Assembly (NCBI GenBank): GCA_004431415.1
Contig: QPMI01000199.1
Location: forward strand, 84,460-148,459
Direction: 5' to 3'
Origin: Cyanophora paradoxa CCMP329
Lineage: Eukaryota > Plantae > Glaucophyta
Length of the DNA: 64,000 nt
Position numbers and translations under genes: made by a program. Within the stretch, counting starts at the first letter, position 1. Each line of letters starts with the position of its first letter. Below are positions 12,101-22,468 of the stretch, piece by piece. Below the pieces are notes generated by a model that had not been told where the DNA came from, made no database searches, and worked only from the letters and a program-made list of their open reading frames with translations.

Positions 12101-12443
12101 GAAGGGATGTAGCAATTCTGTCCAGGAATTCAATCACATCTACAACAACTTCCCTTCTGGCTCTGTAAGTGAGCCAGCGATATAATTCATTCATGGCTGT
12201 TCCATCTTCTGCCTCAGGCTCTATTTGCCTTAGGCGATCCAGTTCATCCAAGGTTTCAATTTTATCATATAGGTTATTTGCTTTTCTGGTTAATCTGGCT
12301 AAAGTGGGTCTACCCTTTGCAATTAAATCTATTTCCCGGTCATATTCAGCCTCTGTTATTTCATGGGCTGCATAAAGTGTTCCCAGCAATCCCATGAGTT
12401 CCCATTTCTTCTCCCTTATGAGTTTGTTGGTAATTCGGGGCAT
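9198..12443 (-). CDS. Protein-primed family B DNA polymerase with an inserted endonuclease VII-like Zn domain
   Basis: DANNLYG, KLMNNSIYGK, HDTDS, GLRAKVY; CYLC...RDHDHHTG...ACRNCN. Confidence 0.95.
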   Translation of the reverse strand: MPRITNKLIREKKWELMGLLGTLYAAHEITEAEYDREIDLIAKGRPTLARLTRKANNLYDKIETLDELDRLRQIEPEAEDGTAMNELYRWLTYRARREVVVDVIEFLDRIATSLPNRLKQGLDQFRAIKVRLSFICKFVKVSNSQVWISKYIYSDYFVLTRSRNIRTELNKAAQMCQEQMNVVDSYRLERIEILRVAIMSYAPTGGCFLQTPEWIARKRATVNIRNIDDSCFENAILAYIHRKAINSHKRNELSQYRKWKYSAIAYNPLALNFDNIPFPVACDAEIIDKFEAQNAGISINIFGIDGEVIYPLHQSSNPGRKHKVNLMLIFDDEGNGHYITIMSLSRLLKVNHETYNDQKLHYCDTCLSRFRSEAKLTAHVDSNRCIDWRLSKGITPKPETTIEFGLKNLRKTVWLPVVVYCKIEHRSIPIDASKSKREVSAVNLRVVTGADVQNFRFEGQDPMGGLFECLESKARELIDFLFTNIPMNELTDEQKAVYRATKHCYLCSERFTKENFKCRDHDHHTGNYIAPACRNCNLHRRISKQTKVAVVVDQMDDCGTFIFRKIAGMGDKKRIEILSKNFDQYLSLQWGLYKFIDASNFMDFGAADVTELMNKFQAFRRLSHSVYGLDPVHYVSAPGLSWDAMLRTTKAKIELISDVEQYEFVERGIRGGFATMPCRYAEADGENSHIMLFDANNLYGYCLSQPIPVGDFRWETEFNPQDNRSSFLEVDLDYPIRLFLDHSDFPLIINKKIVEYAELSQYQKSLLDLSGEELDKTPKLTATFGSVTNYVISEPLLQYMLAKGVKLKKVHRVLSFTVAPVMKPYIELNTDMRRKAVNKFEADFYKLMNNSIYGKCIESCRGRSVVKIANTEKLFMKYAASPLVKSTSPISERAVAFEFYTKHVKLDKPVAIGAYVLDAAKLHNYKFFYDTVRSQWSKAKLLFHDTDSFCLYIESKTLATDIENISYALDLGGDSRMTPGKYKNEMPGSAILEYVGLRAKVYSFRTAEIERSKLSGTSTEELQFNDFKECLFAGISKTVTAKQKRRADHTIIDTVSRRVALNCFDAKRYILPDGINSVPFN

Positions 12444-12504
12444 TATTCCTAACTTGTTCCTATTCTAAGGGGATATTTTATTTTAGGATGTTCTAAACGC
12501 ATTT

Positions 12505-12855
12505 TTAAAAAGTTTTAATGGATCCATTGGCTTCCTCTGAATGGAATCGCAAAAACCTGTTTATTCTAAATCTTGATTTCGGTTTTTGTAAATTTACTAT
12601 CCAAGGTTCAAACAGATACATGTAATATGCTTCTCTGTTCATTAGGTCTTCATGCCCACCCTTCTTACTTGAATATAAGACTGAGAACTTGACATCAGCA
12701 GCCTTACATAGGTCTGCTGTTGATGGCATTTGACCTGATTTGTGTTGTTTCCATCGGATTTGTACTTTTTGTGAGGTTCTCCCAATGTAAACTTTATTCA
12801 ATTCTTCACTCTCAATCATATAGATTGATCCAGAATCATGATCTGTTCCAGCCAT
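12505..12855 (-). CDS. GIY-YIG endonuclease
   Basis: SIYMI...VYIGRT...RWKQH...NRE. Confidence 0.85.
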   Translation of the reverse strand: MAGTDHDSGSIYMIESEELNKVYIGRTSQKVQIRWKQHKSGQMPSTADLCKAADVKFSVLYSSKKGGHEDLMNREAYYMYLFEPWIVNLQKPKSRFRINRFLRFHSEEANGSIKTF

Positions 12856-12981
12856 TTCTTACTTCTAACATATAAATATATTTTTCTATCTCTTAAATCA
12901 TTTTATGGAAATGGCTTAAAGCGAATTTGAAAAAAGGATATAGAGGAAAAATTTTTTCTTTTCTACTAGTAGAAAGGATCG

Positions 12982-13467
12982 ATGAATACCCAAGATATCA
13001 TAGAAACTCTGAAATCTTTGACCTCAATACCTGTTGAGGATGCCACAAGTATGTTTACTGATGCAACCAGAGATCTTTTAGATCGCTCATTGAATGAAGA
13101 CAAAATTTATGTGATTTCGTATACTGAAAAGCATGTCAAAATGTTTCATAACTTGAATTTGGTAAATGGATATTCTCCTGAGAGAAAGCAGCTTTGCTTT
13201 ATTCTCTTCAAAGACAGTGGTTACTTAGTTCCTCAATCGATTTCACAGAGTATACTGAAATCATTCTTACATGATGTCATCATATCTTTTGAGAGGGAAG
13301 AGGATAAAACATGTGTTATTTGTTTGGAAACTGATGAACCCCCAGGGACATGGAGTTGTTTCAAGTGTAATAGTCAAGTATGTGGTGACTGCACAGCAAA
13401 GCTGCCACCAAAAGATCAATTCAAATGTCCAGTATGTAGAAGTGATCTTAGTGTTAGGTTGACTTAG
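12982..13467 (+). CDS. RING-finger protein (possible E3 ligase)
   Basis: C-terminal CVIC...CFKC...VCGDC...CPVCR. Confidence 0.75.
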   Translation: MNTQDIIETLKSLTSIPVEDATSMFTDATRDLLDRSLNEDKIYVISYTEKHVKMFHNLNLVNGYSPERKQLCFILFKDSGYLVPQSISQSILKSFLHDVIISFEREEDKTCVICLETDEPPGTWSCFKCNSQVCGDCTAKLPPKDQFKCPVCRSDLSVRLT

Positions 13468-13640
13468 TGGGTGGAGTTGAGGCACTTTTTATTTCTTTTT
13501 AGGGCAGAGTCCTCTTTAAGAATCTGTGAAAAAATGAGTCAACTCCCCCCACTTAGTCAACCTAATCGATAAATAAACCAGAAATAAAAGACTGTTTGTG
13601 TCTTTTATGATAAATTTGAGTCAACTATGAGTCCACTTTT
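13458..13640. promoter_or_regulatory. Internal degenerate copy of the TIR core (candidate replication origin)
   Basis: GAGTCAACTCCCCCCACTTAGTCAAC and related motifs match TIR 6717-6825 in reverse orientation. Confidence 0.6.
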
Positions 13641-13648
13641 GAATAAAC

Positions 13649-16242
13649 CTAAACTTCAACATCAGAATCATAATCTGATGCATCAGGATCAGCAGCAGGT
13701 AGGTCTTGTTTCATTCTTGGATTGGCTTCTTCCTCAATAGTCTCATCATCTACAAGCTTCATCTTTCTGAATTCCTCAAATACTTGTGGGAATAGGAAAT
13801 GATAGTATTGTTTGCCATTTGTAGTTTTCACTTGAATATATGTAACACTTCTCATTTCAGTATAATATCTGCGACTATTATAATCGTTTTTATATTTGTT
13901 GCTGGTAATGAACTCCTGGAACCACTTCCAGGTTTCCACAAGGCTACCAGACTTGCATTTATTCTCGGAAATTAAGCCTCGATCCACAAGCCACTTAGTG
14001 AACATAAGGATGATTGGAGCGCACACCTGTTGGGCTAAATAGTATTTATTTGTAAGGGGTCTATCAGCAATCCAGTTCACATCCTCACAGTCAACTTTGG
14101 TTCTCAAATAGTGGGCAATGTTTCGAATATTGCAGTGATCATTTAGCCATTTAACAAGTGGAAGGAAGTATGACCTATCCTTTGCGAATTTCTTACTAAC
14201 TTCAACAACCACAAATCGCCTATCTCCAGCTTCAATTTTCACTGGAATATTGTTATTGCTGGTGAATATAATCCTGGCAAAGTTGCTTTTTGTGTATGAA
14301 TCTATCCCTTTGTGTTCAATAACAATCTTATCAGAAGTAATGAGATCTTTAAGCATATCATTGTTTTCGAATGTGTCCTTGCCTGAGGCTTCATTGACAA
14401 CAATCAAGATCTTATCCTCTCTATTGTGGGCAAATCGACCAAACAGATCCTCTTTTGGCTTTCCAGTTGCATAACTCAGGGCATCTCCAAGTGTCTTCTT
14501 TTGGAAAGTATCGACCAACACATTCTTACCAGTTCCTTGTTCACCAATGAAGATTAAGGATACTCCATTGAGTTCCCCAGGCTTTTGCAGCATGTGGGCA
14601 AACCATTTCAACAGATATTCATAGGTATTTTGATCCTCACCAGACATTAAGAACAGGTGATCTAGGAAAGGCTTTATCATGTCAGCAGTAACATCTTCTG
14701 GAGCATTTTCGAATTGCTGGTGGTCAACCTTCATTCCTGGATAGAGATTAAATACAGACTTGCATTTGGCACTGAGAGTAGCAGGAGGTGGGAGGAAATC
14801 CATGTAAGTTGATCTTGTGGCTGTTGGATCCACAATCCATTTCCTAAATGATTGCTCCCATTTCTCTTTCTCATTATCTGTCCCCTCATTCACAATCACC
14901 TTATGCATCAAGTGGGGGAAATGCTTTGTAGAGAGCTTCCCAATATCTTTTGGCATCCAGCAAAGTAGTTGTTCATCCCAGAGCATCACACAACCAACAT
15001 TTTCAACATGATGCATTCGAGCATTGAAATACCTCTTATGCACATTGTAATGTTCAGCCAAAGGAGGGATACTTGCAGTCTTGTAATCGATTTCATCTGT
15101 GTCCTCTGGTAGGAATGCATACTTTTGGGGAAGAGTTCCTTGAAAAGCTCATTGTTATCTTTGCTCAACCAATAAACCAAGGATTTGAAGGTCAACACTT
15201 TGCCAGGCTCAGCCTTCTTCTTGCTTCTGCGAAGCTGTGTAAACTTCTCCTGGCATTCATCATAATCATACTTGTCACTCTGTTCTGAGAATTGGTGGAA
15301 GAGTTCAGCTTGCATTTTAGGGGTGAATTTGTTGTCTTCCCCAACATTGATGATGACCAGTCCAACATCAATCCAAGTCTTATACTCATTAGCTCTCTCA
15401 CCATTCAGACCCATTATAACACTTTGTAGCAGTTCGAAAGTAACAGGATTTTCGGGTTCAGTGTCTTTTTCAGCTTCTACCTTCTCAGTCTTCACTTTAT
15501 CACTTTTTGGCTCCTTTTTAACTGGTTTTGGCTCAGGGCTATAATTTGCGAATGCAGAAACATTCGATTCATCCACAAGTTTAGTAGTAGCTGAGAAGTA
15601 AGATACAAAGAAGTCCTCATTTCGCATTAACACTTTGTCACAGTCAACGAATTTCTTAAAGCAAACGTTTTTATCAACATCTTTTTTCGATTTATTTTGA
15701 GCATCCAGAGTCTCACCTTTGCAGCAATTGAGGCAGATAAGGTTCTGTGTGGAGCTGTAAACTCCACTGTCATAATCCTCATTTTTCACCAATCCCATAG
15801 CTTTGAAAAGCTTGGGGATATCTTCATGTTTGCATGCAAGCGATTTAATGATAAAGTGGGCTGAGATCTTGAACTTGGTGACATCCTCCTTGATCAAATA
15901 AACCCTTCTATGGCGAACTGCAACAGCAATATCGTTAATCGAAGTGGTCCCAGATCGCTTCCATAGCTTATCTCTCATCTCTCTTACAACAGTTTCCGCC
16001 TCAGCATAGTTTTCAGCAATGTTCTCCTTCAAATCAGCGAATTTATCCAGGTCCAGGTAAACTCTGGTGACTTGTTCAGGCTGAATGCATTCAGCCCAGG
16101 TCTTAACCTTGCTATTATCAATGGCTTCAAGGGCATCTTCGGCAGAATCAAATACATGGGTGACCTTGTTGCGATCACCAATGAGAGTACTAAGGAATGT
16201 AGCATTTTCAACAGGTGTGGCGAATTTCTCGATTTTGTTCAT
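13649..16242 (-). CDS. AEP primase - PriCT-2 - SF3 (D5-like) helicase; frameshift in an A run near 15122
   Basis: YLDLD, SAH, DSGVYS; EYKTWIDVG...FSEQSDKYD; GEQGTGKN, VVNEA, FTSN, DRRF. Confidence 0.9.
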
Positions 16243-16460
16243 ATTCGATTTTGGGGGACTTCTACCTTTAACGAAGAAAATAATTTCGGAAGGAGGAATT
16301 GTCTTTTATATATATCCTATTATTTGCCAAGTCCTTAAGTAGTTTTGGGTCGGGATACTGTCTCGATAAATAGATACAGTTTTAAAAAAGAGGGAAGAAA
16401 GCTGTCATTTTTTTGCCTCCGATCAAATCGATTTCTACAAAATTTGTTTCGATCGAGAAT

Positions 16461-16787
16461 TTATTCTTCGATATATTTCCGAGGTCTTCCAACCGGTTTA
16501 TGCTCTTTGGGTGTCTTGGGTTGTTCATCGTTCTTCTTGTGGTAATATTCCAGCGCTTTTGCCTTTTTCTGTTCGCGATATTCTTCATTTTCCCTGTATT
16601 TCCTCTGGTGTCTGAGGGCAATCTTTTTCAGTTCTTCTGGTGTGTGAACTGTAGCGGCTCCTTGGGATAATCGTTCCTCCTTCTTTTTATGATAGGCTTC
16701 GCGTTTTCTTTGGGCATCTTGCTCCCTTTTCAGTCTCAGCTTCTCTGCTTTTTCATCATCTGTGAGTATCTTGCGGATATTCGGCAT
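16461..16787 (-). CDS. Basic protein with AT-hook-like GRPRK motif
   Basis: Homologous to 39628-40041 (EKAExLRLKRE, TPExLxKIA, GRPRK). Confidence 0.75.
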   Translation of the reverse strand: MPNIRKILTDDEKAEKLRLKREQDAQRKREAYHKKKEERLSQGAATVHTPEELKKIALRHQRKYRENEEYREQKKAKALEYYHKKNDEQPKTPKEHKPVGRPRKYIEE

Positions 16788-16939
16788 TTCTCTTTAATAG
16801 TAGATACGAAAATAATTTTTCCTCAATACAACCTATCTACTTTTTCCTTAAGTCATTTTTTGTTGCGAACACCAGTTCCTGTCTGTAAACTTTTATAGCT
16901 GCCTCAGTAGCATACTGAGACCGCTTTTTCTCAATTATC

Positions 16940-17185
16940 TTATAGACCTGGGGGTCCATTGCTACTTTCAGTTGGCAAATAATATTTAATCGGTCTTCCT
17001 CTGGGTCTCTGCTCCTCTTTTTGGGCTTTTCTGCGATAATAGGATGCCAGGGCTTGCTGCTTTTTATACTCTCTATATTCTGGGTCCTCTCTATATCGTT
17101 TCTGCATTGCTAGTATGTGTCTAATGGAACCCTCAGTAACAGGTTCATCACTGGTAAACTCGATTAAACTAATAGTATCCTCCAT
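16940..17185 (-). CDS. Small basic protein, paralogue of 16461-16787
   Basis: Shared QKRYRE.PEYRE.KK..AL..Y motif; PRGRP. Confidence 0.6.
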   Translation of the reverse strand: MEDTISLIEFTSDEPVTEGSIRHILAMQKRYREDPEYREYKKQQALASYYRRKAQKEEQRPRGRPIKYYLPTESSNGPPGL

Positions 17186-17441
17186 TTATATTCCCAGAGA
17201 AAACGTTTTCTGCTGGCAGAGAACTTCTCCTTGGATACTCCTGTTGCTCATATGTATACTCTGTGGGGTCTGCTGGCATTGACTCCACAGAAACTGTAGA
17301 CCTCCTTCTCTCTCTTGCTTCTGAGGCATTATCCTCATTATCTGACATCTCAAACTCCACTGTTGTCTCACAACATCCACTGTGGCAATTGCTCACCACA
17401 TGCAGACTGAACATCTCGAAGAACTTTCGTATTATGTCCAT
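17169..17441 (-). CDS. Small protein with HVVSNCHSxCC motif
   Basis: N-terminus conserved with 39122-39511. Confidence 0.75.
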   Translation of the reverse strand: MDIIRKFFEMFSLHVVSNCHSGCCETTVEFEMSDNEDNASEARERRRSTVSVESMPADPTEYTYEQQEYPRRSSLPAENVFSGNINGGYY

Positions 17442-17463
17442 ATCTCTAATAAAACAGAGATAA

Positions 17464-18198
17464 TTAAAGCCAAACTCGTCTTTTATATACTGCTGGGGCA
17501 ACTCCCTTTTCTACCTCAGCTTTGGTGGCACCAGGTTCAATGGTTCCCTTTTGGGTCTTTGTTTTCATTTCATCTACTGCCTGCTCATCGATTTGGTTCT
17601 CTTTCTTAGCAATAAACTGTTTATCTGGGACACCAGTAATGCCCATTTTATAAACTTCCTTTCGAAGCATCTCCTTGAACTTGGCTCTGTCTTTCTTCTC
17701 AGTAACATACTGCTCCAAGGCACTTGATTTGGCTTCCAGATCTTTGAGTTTAGCAGTCATCTCATCCCATTGAGCCTTGGGAATTCGATGAACATTCTGA
17801 GTGGGAGCAGTCTTGTATGTGACTTCACCAGCCATAGACTGAATTACCTTGTCTGATTCCTTACTAAGACCTTCACCTTTGCGAGCCAGTGAAAGATCTT
17901 GCAAGCCTAGACCTTTATCATCAGCAGCCCCAATAATTCGCCTGGCACCCTCAGCAACAGCTTTCATTTTTGAGGCTTCTGGTGAAATGTTGAGTTGGTC
18001 ACTGGTTGAAGCCTGTGGGGCTTTGTCATCGACTGATTCCTCATAGGCAGCATTAAGAGGGTCCTCTTCTTGCTGTGAGGGCTTCACCTCATTCATACCA
18101 TTGAACTTCAGTGGTTCAGTGTTAATGGATCCATTGTTTCCACCACCTGAATAGCCAACAGCCCCAGCTGGAATCCCTATCTTTCGTTTGGGAGGCAT
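17464..18198 (-). CDS. Hypothetical Lys-rich coiled-coil protein
   Basis: Positional and sequence homologue of 38234-38917. Confidence 0.7.
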   Translation of the reverse strand: MPPKRKIGIPAGAVGYSGGGNNGSINTEPLKFNGMNEVKPSQQEEDPLNAAYEESVDDKAPQASTSDQLNISPEASKMKAVAEGARRIIGAADDKGLGLQDLSLARKGEGLSKESDKVIQSMAGEVTYKTAPTQNVHRIPKAQWDEMTAKLKDLEAKSSALEQYVTEKKDRAKFKEMLRKEVYKMGITGVPDKQFIAKKENQIDEQAVDEMKTKTQKGTIEPGATKAEVEKGVAPAVYKRRVWL

Positions 18199-18226
18199 TG
18201 TATCTTTATTAGAATGAGAGATAATT

Positions 18227-19009
18227 TTATAAACCGCGTTTATATCTCATCAATTTATTGCTATGGATTTGGCTTTTCACTTCTTTAGGGGCTTCCTCTT
18301 TCTCTGGTGGTTTCAGTTCATCTTCTTTCTTTTTTGGCTTTCTGTGGAAGCGAGGAAATGGGAAATCTTTCACAAGCTCAGCTTTATCTACATAGTATTT
18401 AACTGAGTAGTTTGCAGAGGACCAAATGATATACTGATAGGAGTGAACATACTCTTCAAACATCTTGTAGAAATCCTCTTTATTTCGCATTATATTGTAT
18501 TCTTCCTCTATGGCTTCAAGTTCTTTGCGATTTGCAGCACTGAGAAACATAGCATAGTCCGAATTAACTCGAATAGTCGAAGAAACTTTTCTTAGCTTTT
18601 GTGTGATGCAGATAATGGATATTTTCGAATGGCGACCTCTGGAATACAGAGATCCGATTATTTTATCCCTTGTGAGATCGACTATCTCATTATCGATTAA
18701 ATCATCTAAAACCACACACAATTGGTTAACAGGTTCACCCTTTTCTATTTTCTCTTGCCTCTCATCTAGCAATTTAGCAATGTAAGGGGCATCCCATTTT
18801 CCCAGTTGCAGTGTTGCAACCTTATCCCAAAAATGATTGAAGCTGGTTCCACTCACAACTAATACAACATCAATCTTTTTGGCATCATGTAATTGCTTTA
18901 ACCAATACTTTACAGCTTCTGATTTACCAGTTGCTGATTTTCCTATTGCCAATACACGAAATGGTGGTTCTATCATTTCACCAGCCACAAATTCATCCAA
19001 ATCAGTCAT
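18227..19009 (-). CDS. A32/FtsK-HerA-type genome packaging ATPase
   Basis: GKSATGKS, VVLDD, SRGRH, ITQ, IRVN. Confidence 0.92.
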   Translation of the reverse strand: MTDLDEFVAGEMIEPPFRVLAIGKSATGKSEAVKYWLKQLHDAKKIDVVLVVSGTSFNHFWDKVATLQLGKWDAPYIAKLLDERQEKIEKGEPVNQLCVVLDDLIDNEIVDLTRDKIIGSLYSRGRHSKISIICITQKLRKVSSTIRVNSDYAMFLSAANRKELEAIEEEYNIMRNKEDFYKMFEEYVHSYQYIIWSSANYSVKYYVDKAELVKDFPFPRFHRKPKKKEDELKPPEKEEAPKEVKSQIHSNKLMRYKRGL

Positions 19010-19074
19010 TGTTGTATATCTTTCTTAATAAAGACATATAAAAATAATGCAGGGAGACTGAATATCGTCACAAT

Positions 19075-20442
19075 CTACAAATTTATACGACGAAGCCCAT
19101 CTTTGTCCAAAATTATGAAACTATGCATGAGAGCGCGAACATTAACATCGATTACCTTATCTGAAGGCATGTAGAGGGTGAGGAAGGAAGAAGAGGAATT
19201 TGTTAAATCAACATACCCAGACTGGGCAATATTTCGAATTGCCTTTTCTCCATCAAGGCAGAATGGGAGTCCTGAAAGGACATAGCGATCAGCAACCTTA
19301 TCCATGTTAGAGCATTTGAAGGCATCAGCAATTAGCTCAGCACCTTTGAGTAGGGAAATTGGCTCAGTGGCAAAAAGTCGCTGACCATTTATTTCAGTTG
19401 TGAATGTGATGTCTTTGGAGTTGGCATAGGTCTTAAGAACACTGTGGGAGCCATTGGATTTGTCAACAGTTTCATGATCACGAACTGAAACAAGCAGAGC
19501 ATATACAAGACCTGAGATTTGAGAGAGGTTAATTCGATTGGGTTGGGCATTGCCCTTGGCAGGGAAAGCACTAGCATCTACAAATCCAATATCAAGGGAG
19601 GGAATAGCCATGCCAGTAGTCTTTACTTTTTCAATTACAGTAGCGAAAAGCTCATCAGAAACATTAATAGCATGCATGTAAAGGCGAGGAGAAGTAATAG
19701 AAATAACAGGGGTTGTTGCACCAAGACTGAAAGTTGTGATATTTTGACCAACATGGGCAAGGGTTCCATCTGTAAAGTTTCCAAGACCATCATCAGCAGT
19801 TGCATCAACAGTTCCAACAGCAGTTGTGAGTTCACGACCACCATAGGAAGTTTCAACATAGCCTTTGCCAGCATCCTTAAACCAAACAGTAACAACCATT
19901 TCACCAGATAAAGCACCAAGGGGAAGATAGTGATTTAGCCAAGGCACTGGGATTTCAACGAAAAATGAGCCACCGAGTCGGTTGGTTCCATGAGCAGGGA
20001 TACCATGAACCATGCCCATTGATCGCTTCTTTTTAGCTAGTTGATCCTCCGAATAATAGACCAGGGGGAAATGAGCAAGGAAATCAGAGGGGATATGGTA
20101 GGTGTAAGATCCATAGGTAATTTCAAGTCGCTGAACTAAAGCACCAACTGGGCGAGTGTATCCATTGCGAACAAGGTCCGTATCACCAGCAAAAGTGATG
20201 GCTGGAAGGTCGAAAGCAAGTTCGAGTTTTCCACAGAAATTGTAGCGAGGTAGCTTGAAGGAAATGCGATTTCCAACATTATTCTCAAAAGTATTGCTGG
20301 GATTCACAACTACTAGAACTGGCTTAGACTTGGATTCGAGACCAAGCATAAGGGAGTTATCCAGGAAAAAGGCTTTCGCCTCCTCTGGGGTTGTAAGGGC
20401 TTCTTTCAGCGAAAGTCTTTGAAGAGTGGAAGTGATATCCAT
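19075..20442 (-). CDS. Major capsid protein (probable double jelly roll)
   Basis: ~455 aa, beta-rich, GNRISFKLPRY, next to the ATPase; orthologue at 35993-37306. Confidence 0.8.
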   Translation of the reverse strand: MDITSTLQRLSLKEALTTPEEAKAFFLDNSLMLGLESKSKPVLVVVNPSNTFENNVGNRISFKLPRYNFCGKLELAFDLPAITFAGDTDLVRNGYTRPVGALVQRLEITYGSYTYHIPSDFLAHFPLVYYSEDQLAKKKRSMGMVHGIPAHGTNRLGGSFFVEIPVPWLNHYLPLGALSGEMVVTVWFKDAGKGYVETSYGGRELTTAVGTVDATADDGLGNFTDGTLAHVGQNITTFSLGATTPVISITSPRLYMHAINVSDELFATVIEKVKTTGMAIPSLDIGFVDASAFPAKGNAQPNRINLSQISGLVYALLVSVRDHETVDKSNGSHSVLKTYANSKDITFTTEINGQRLFATEPISLLKGAELIADAFKCSNMDKVADRYVLSGLPFCLDGEKAIRNIAQSGYVDLTNSSSSFLTLYMPSDKVIDVNVRALMHSFIILDKDGLRRINL

Positions 20443-20495
20443 TATATTCTCTTTTATTATACTGCAACATAAAAAATCTACCAATGATCCTTAAT

Positions 20496-21506
20496 TTATG
20501 CGAAGCTTGTAATAACTGGATAGGAAGGGTGAAGCTGTGACATTCGCATCTTAAAGTATTCATAAACTGGGTCCCCAGCTGGCTCATCACCATAGCGAAT
20601 TTCAAAGGTAAGATGAACAGGTTGACCCTCAAAATCAATTGGTTCATTAATAGCATTTACAATATCAACCGAGAAAGTGGATAATCCAACCTTCTTATTA
20701 TAGTATTTGTAAAGTGGATGAGCCTCTGTCGAATTGTAAACTACATGCTCACCATAATCTTTATCAGGGACCACTATTTTATGGAAGTAACCAGTCAGAA
20801 GACCATCCCCACATTGCACCAGATCACCCAGCTCCTTTACTCTCACAAACAAAACACTGTCCCTGGTCTTCTCAGGCTCAAATGAAGATATAATACCGTT
20901 TACTCGAGTTCCAGTAAAGATACCATCAGTGAGAGCATCATACACTTGTGATTGGATTGAGGAATTGCCATATCTTCCAGGATCAAGACCAAGCAGTCTC
21001 CCTGAACTCAATAGCTTTTGAATTGTTTGCAGGTTTGGATTTACAGCAAGTGAGAAAGCCAGGTAAAAAGGTTTTTCGGAATGGAATACTATTCGTTTCA
21101 GTGACTCATCCCATTTGCAGCGAAGAGATGGTTTAGGATTTTTTAAATCGAACTTTTCATTAATAACATTCACCAGTTGTTGGTGGCTTTGAATGGGGGC
21201 TTTGCGACTTATAATGATTTGTTTCCACTGTTCAAAGTCCTCAGCTGGGCGAACTGTGGGGATACCATCAATTCCAGCTCCCGCATATTGTTCAGAATAG
21301 TAAATACTAAATGAATTGTCAATTGTTACATCTCCAACTTTGGTTTCACCACTCACCATAGGGATGCTGTTATAAAATTCGGCTGATACCAGTCTCACAG
21401 CCCTCACATTCTCATAAGAACTTGGGAGTCTAGCCACAAAGCTTGATGTGGGACCATCACCAGAGATTGTATTAAATGAGCTAACCTCGATGTAATCCAC
21501 AGGCAT
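20496..21506 (-). CDS. Minor capsid (penton-like) protein 1
   Basis: LPSSYENVRAVRLVSAEFYNS ... IDFEG..VHLTFEI. Confidence 0.72.
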   Translation of the reverse strand: MPVDYIEVSSFNTISGDGPTSSFVARLPSSYENVRAVRLVSAEFYNSIPMVSGETKVGDVTIDNSFSIYYSEQYAGAGIDGIPTVRPAEDFEQWKQIIISRKAPIQSHQQLVNVINEKFDLKNPKPSLRCKWDESLKRIVFHSEKPFYLAFSLAVNPNLQTIQKLLSSGRLLGLDPGRYGNSSIQSQVYDALTDGIFTGTRVNGIISSFEPEKTRDSVLFVRVKELGDLVQCGDGLLTGYFHKIVVPDKDYGEHVVYNSTEAHPLYKYYNKKVGLSTFSVDIVNAINEPIDFEGQPVHLTFEIRYGDEPAGDPVYEYFKMRMSQLHPSYPVITSFA

Positions 21507-21535
21507 TCTTCTTTTATCTATATTTATATATTAAA

Positions 21536-22468
21536 ATGAATCGACTTGTTAATATTGATAGCAGGGATAGAAGCCAAGGGGAATCTGAAAACTCTTACAG
21601 GGTCACCCTCACAACTCCAGTAGAGAGACCAAGAGAATGCAGAGTTCTCTATGCAGAGATTCCAAACAGTATCTATAACAGTGTGGGAACTGATCATATA
21701 ACAGTTGATTTTAACTACCAAGATGGTTCATACAATGAAATCATCACACAGAAAGTGTATCCCCTTCCCAGTGGCTACATTAACCAGGGTCATTTTGGGG
21801 TCACACATCCCTATAATTATGGGCTGAACTATTCAAGCTTCAAAACCATTGCAGATAAAACTGTGTTTTTTGAGTTCAAGATATTCTACAATCCAACTAC
21901 CTATAAAGTGGAGTTTTACAGTAACCATGAGTTCCGTTTTATTGCAAGCAACAAGCGAATAGGGAAGCTTTTGGGTGTAAGTTCTACTGAATACACCAAT
22001 GGTTATTATAGCACTCCTCCTGCTGGTGGATCTCCATATCGACCTGAGAACCTTTTAAAGTATGATGGCAAACCTATTACACCTGATCACCCAGCTTGGG
22101 GAATCACCTTCTCAGGACCCAGACTCTCCTCAAAGCCCTTGCAGTATTATTTCACCAGTAATAAGATGTCTGATATGAATGCTGAGCAGTATCTGTACAT
22201 GCATATTAAAGAGCTTGCCCCCTTTGCAAGTAGACACAATATAATTCCGAAATCGCAACCACACAACCAAGGGGCTATCCTACGATTGCAATTGAGTAAA
22301 GATATAGGTGGCTATGTTTACCATAGTGGTGAGCATGCAGAATTTATTCAAATCAATGACAGAAACCTGGTGATAAGGGAACTCACAGTTGAGTTTAAAG
22401 ATTACTTTGGTGAACTGATTGATATGAATGGAATCGATAATTCGTTTCAGTTGGAGTTTATCGAATAA
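21536..22468 (+). CDS. Minor capsid (penton-like) protein 2
   Basis: NIDSRDR, AEIPNS, IDMNGIDNSFQLEF. Confidence 0.75.
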   Translation: MNRLVNIDSRDRSQGESENSYRVTLTTPVERPRECRVLYAEIPNSIYNSVGTDHITVDFNYQDGSYNEIITQKVYPLPSGYINQGHFGVTHPYNYGLNYSSFKTIADKTVFFEFKIFYNPTTYKVEFYSNHEFRFIASNKRIGKLLGVSSTEYTNGYYSTPPAGGSPYRPENLLKYDGKPITPDHPAWGITFSGPRLSSKPLQYYFTSNKMSDMNAEQYLYMHIKELAPFASRHNIIPKSQPHNQGAILRLQLSKDIGGYVYHSGEHAEFIQINDRNLVIRELTVEFKDYFGELIDMNGIDNSFQLEFIE

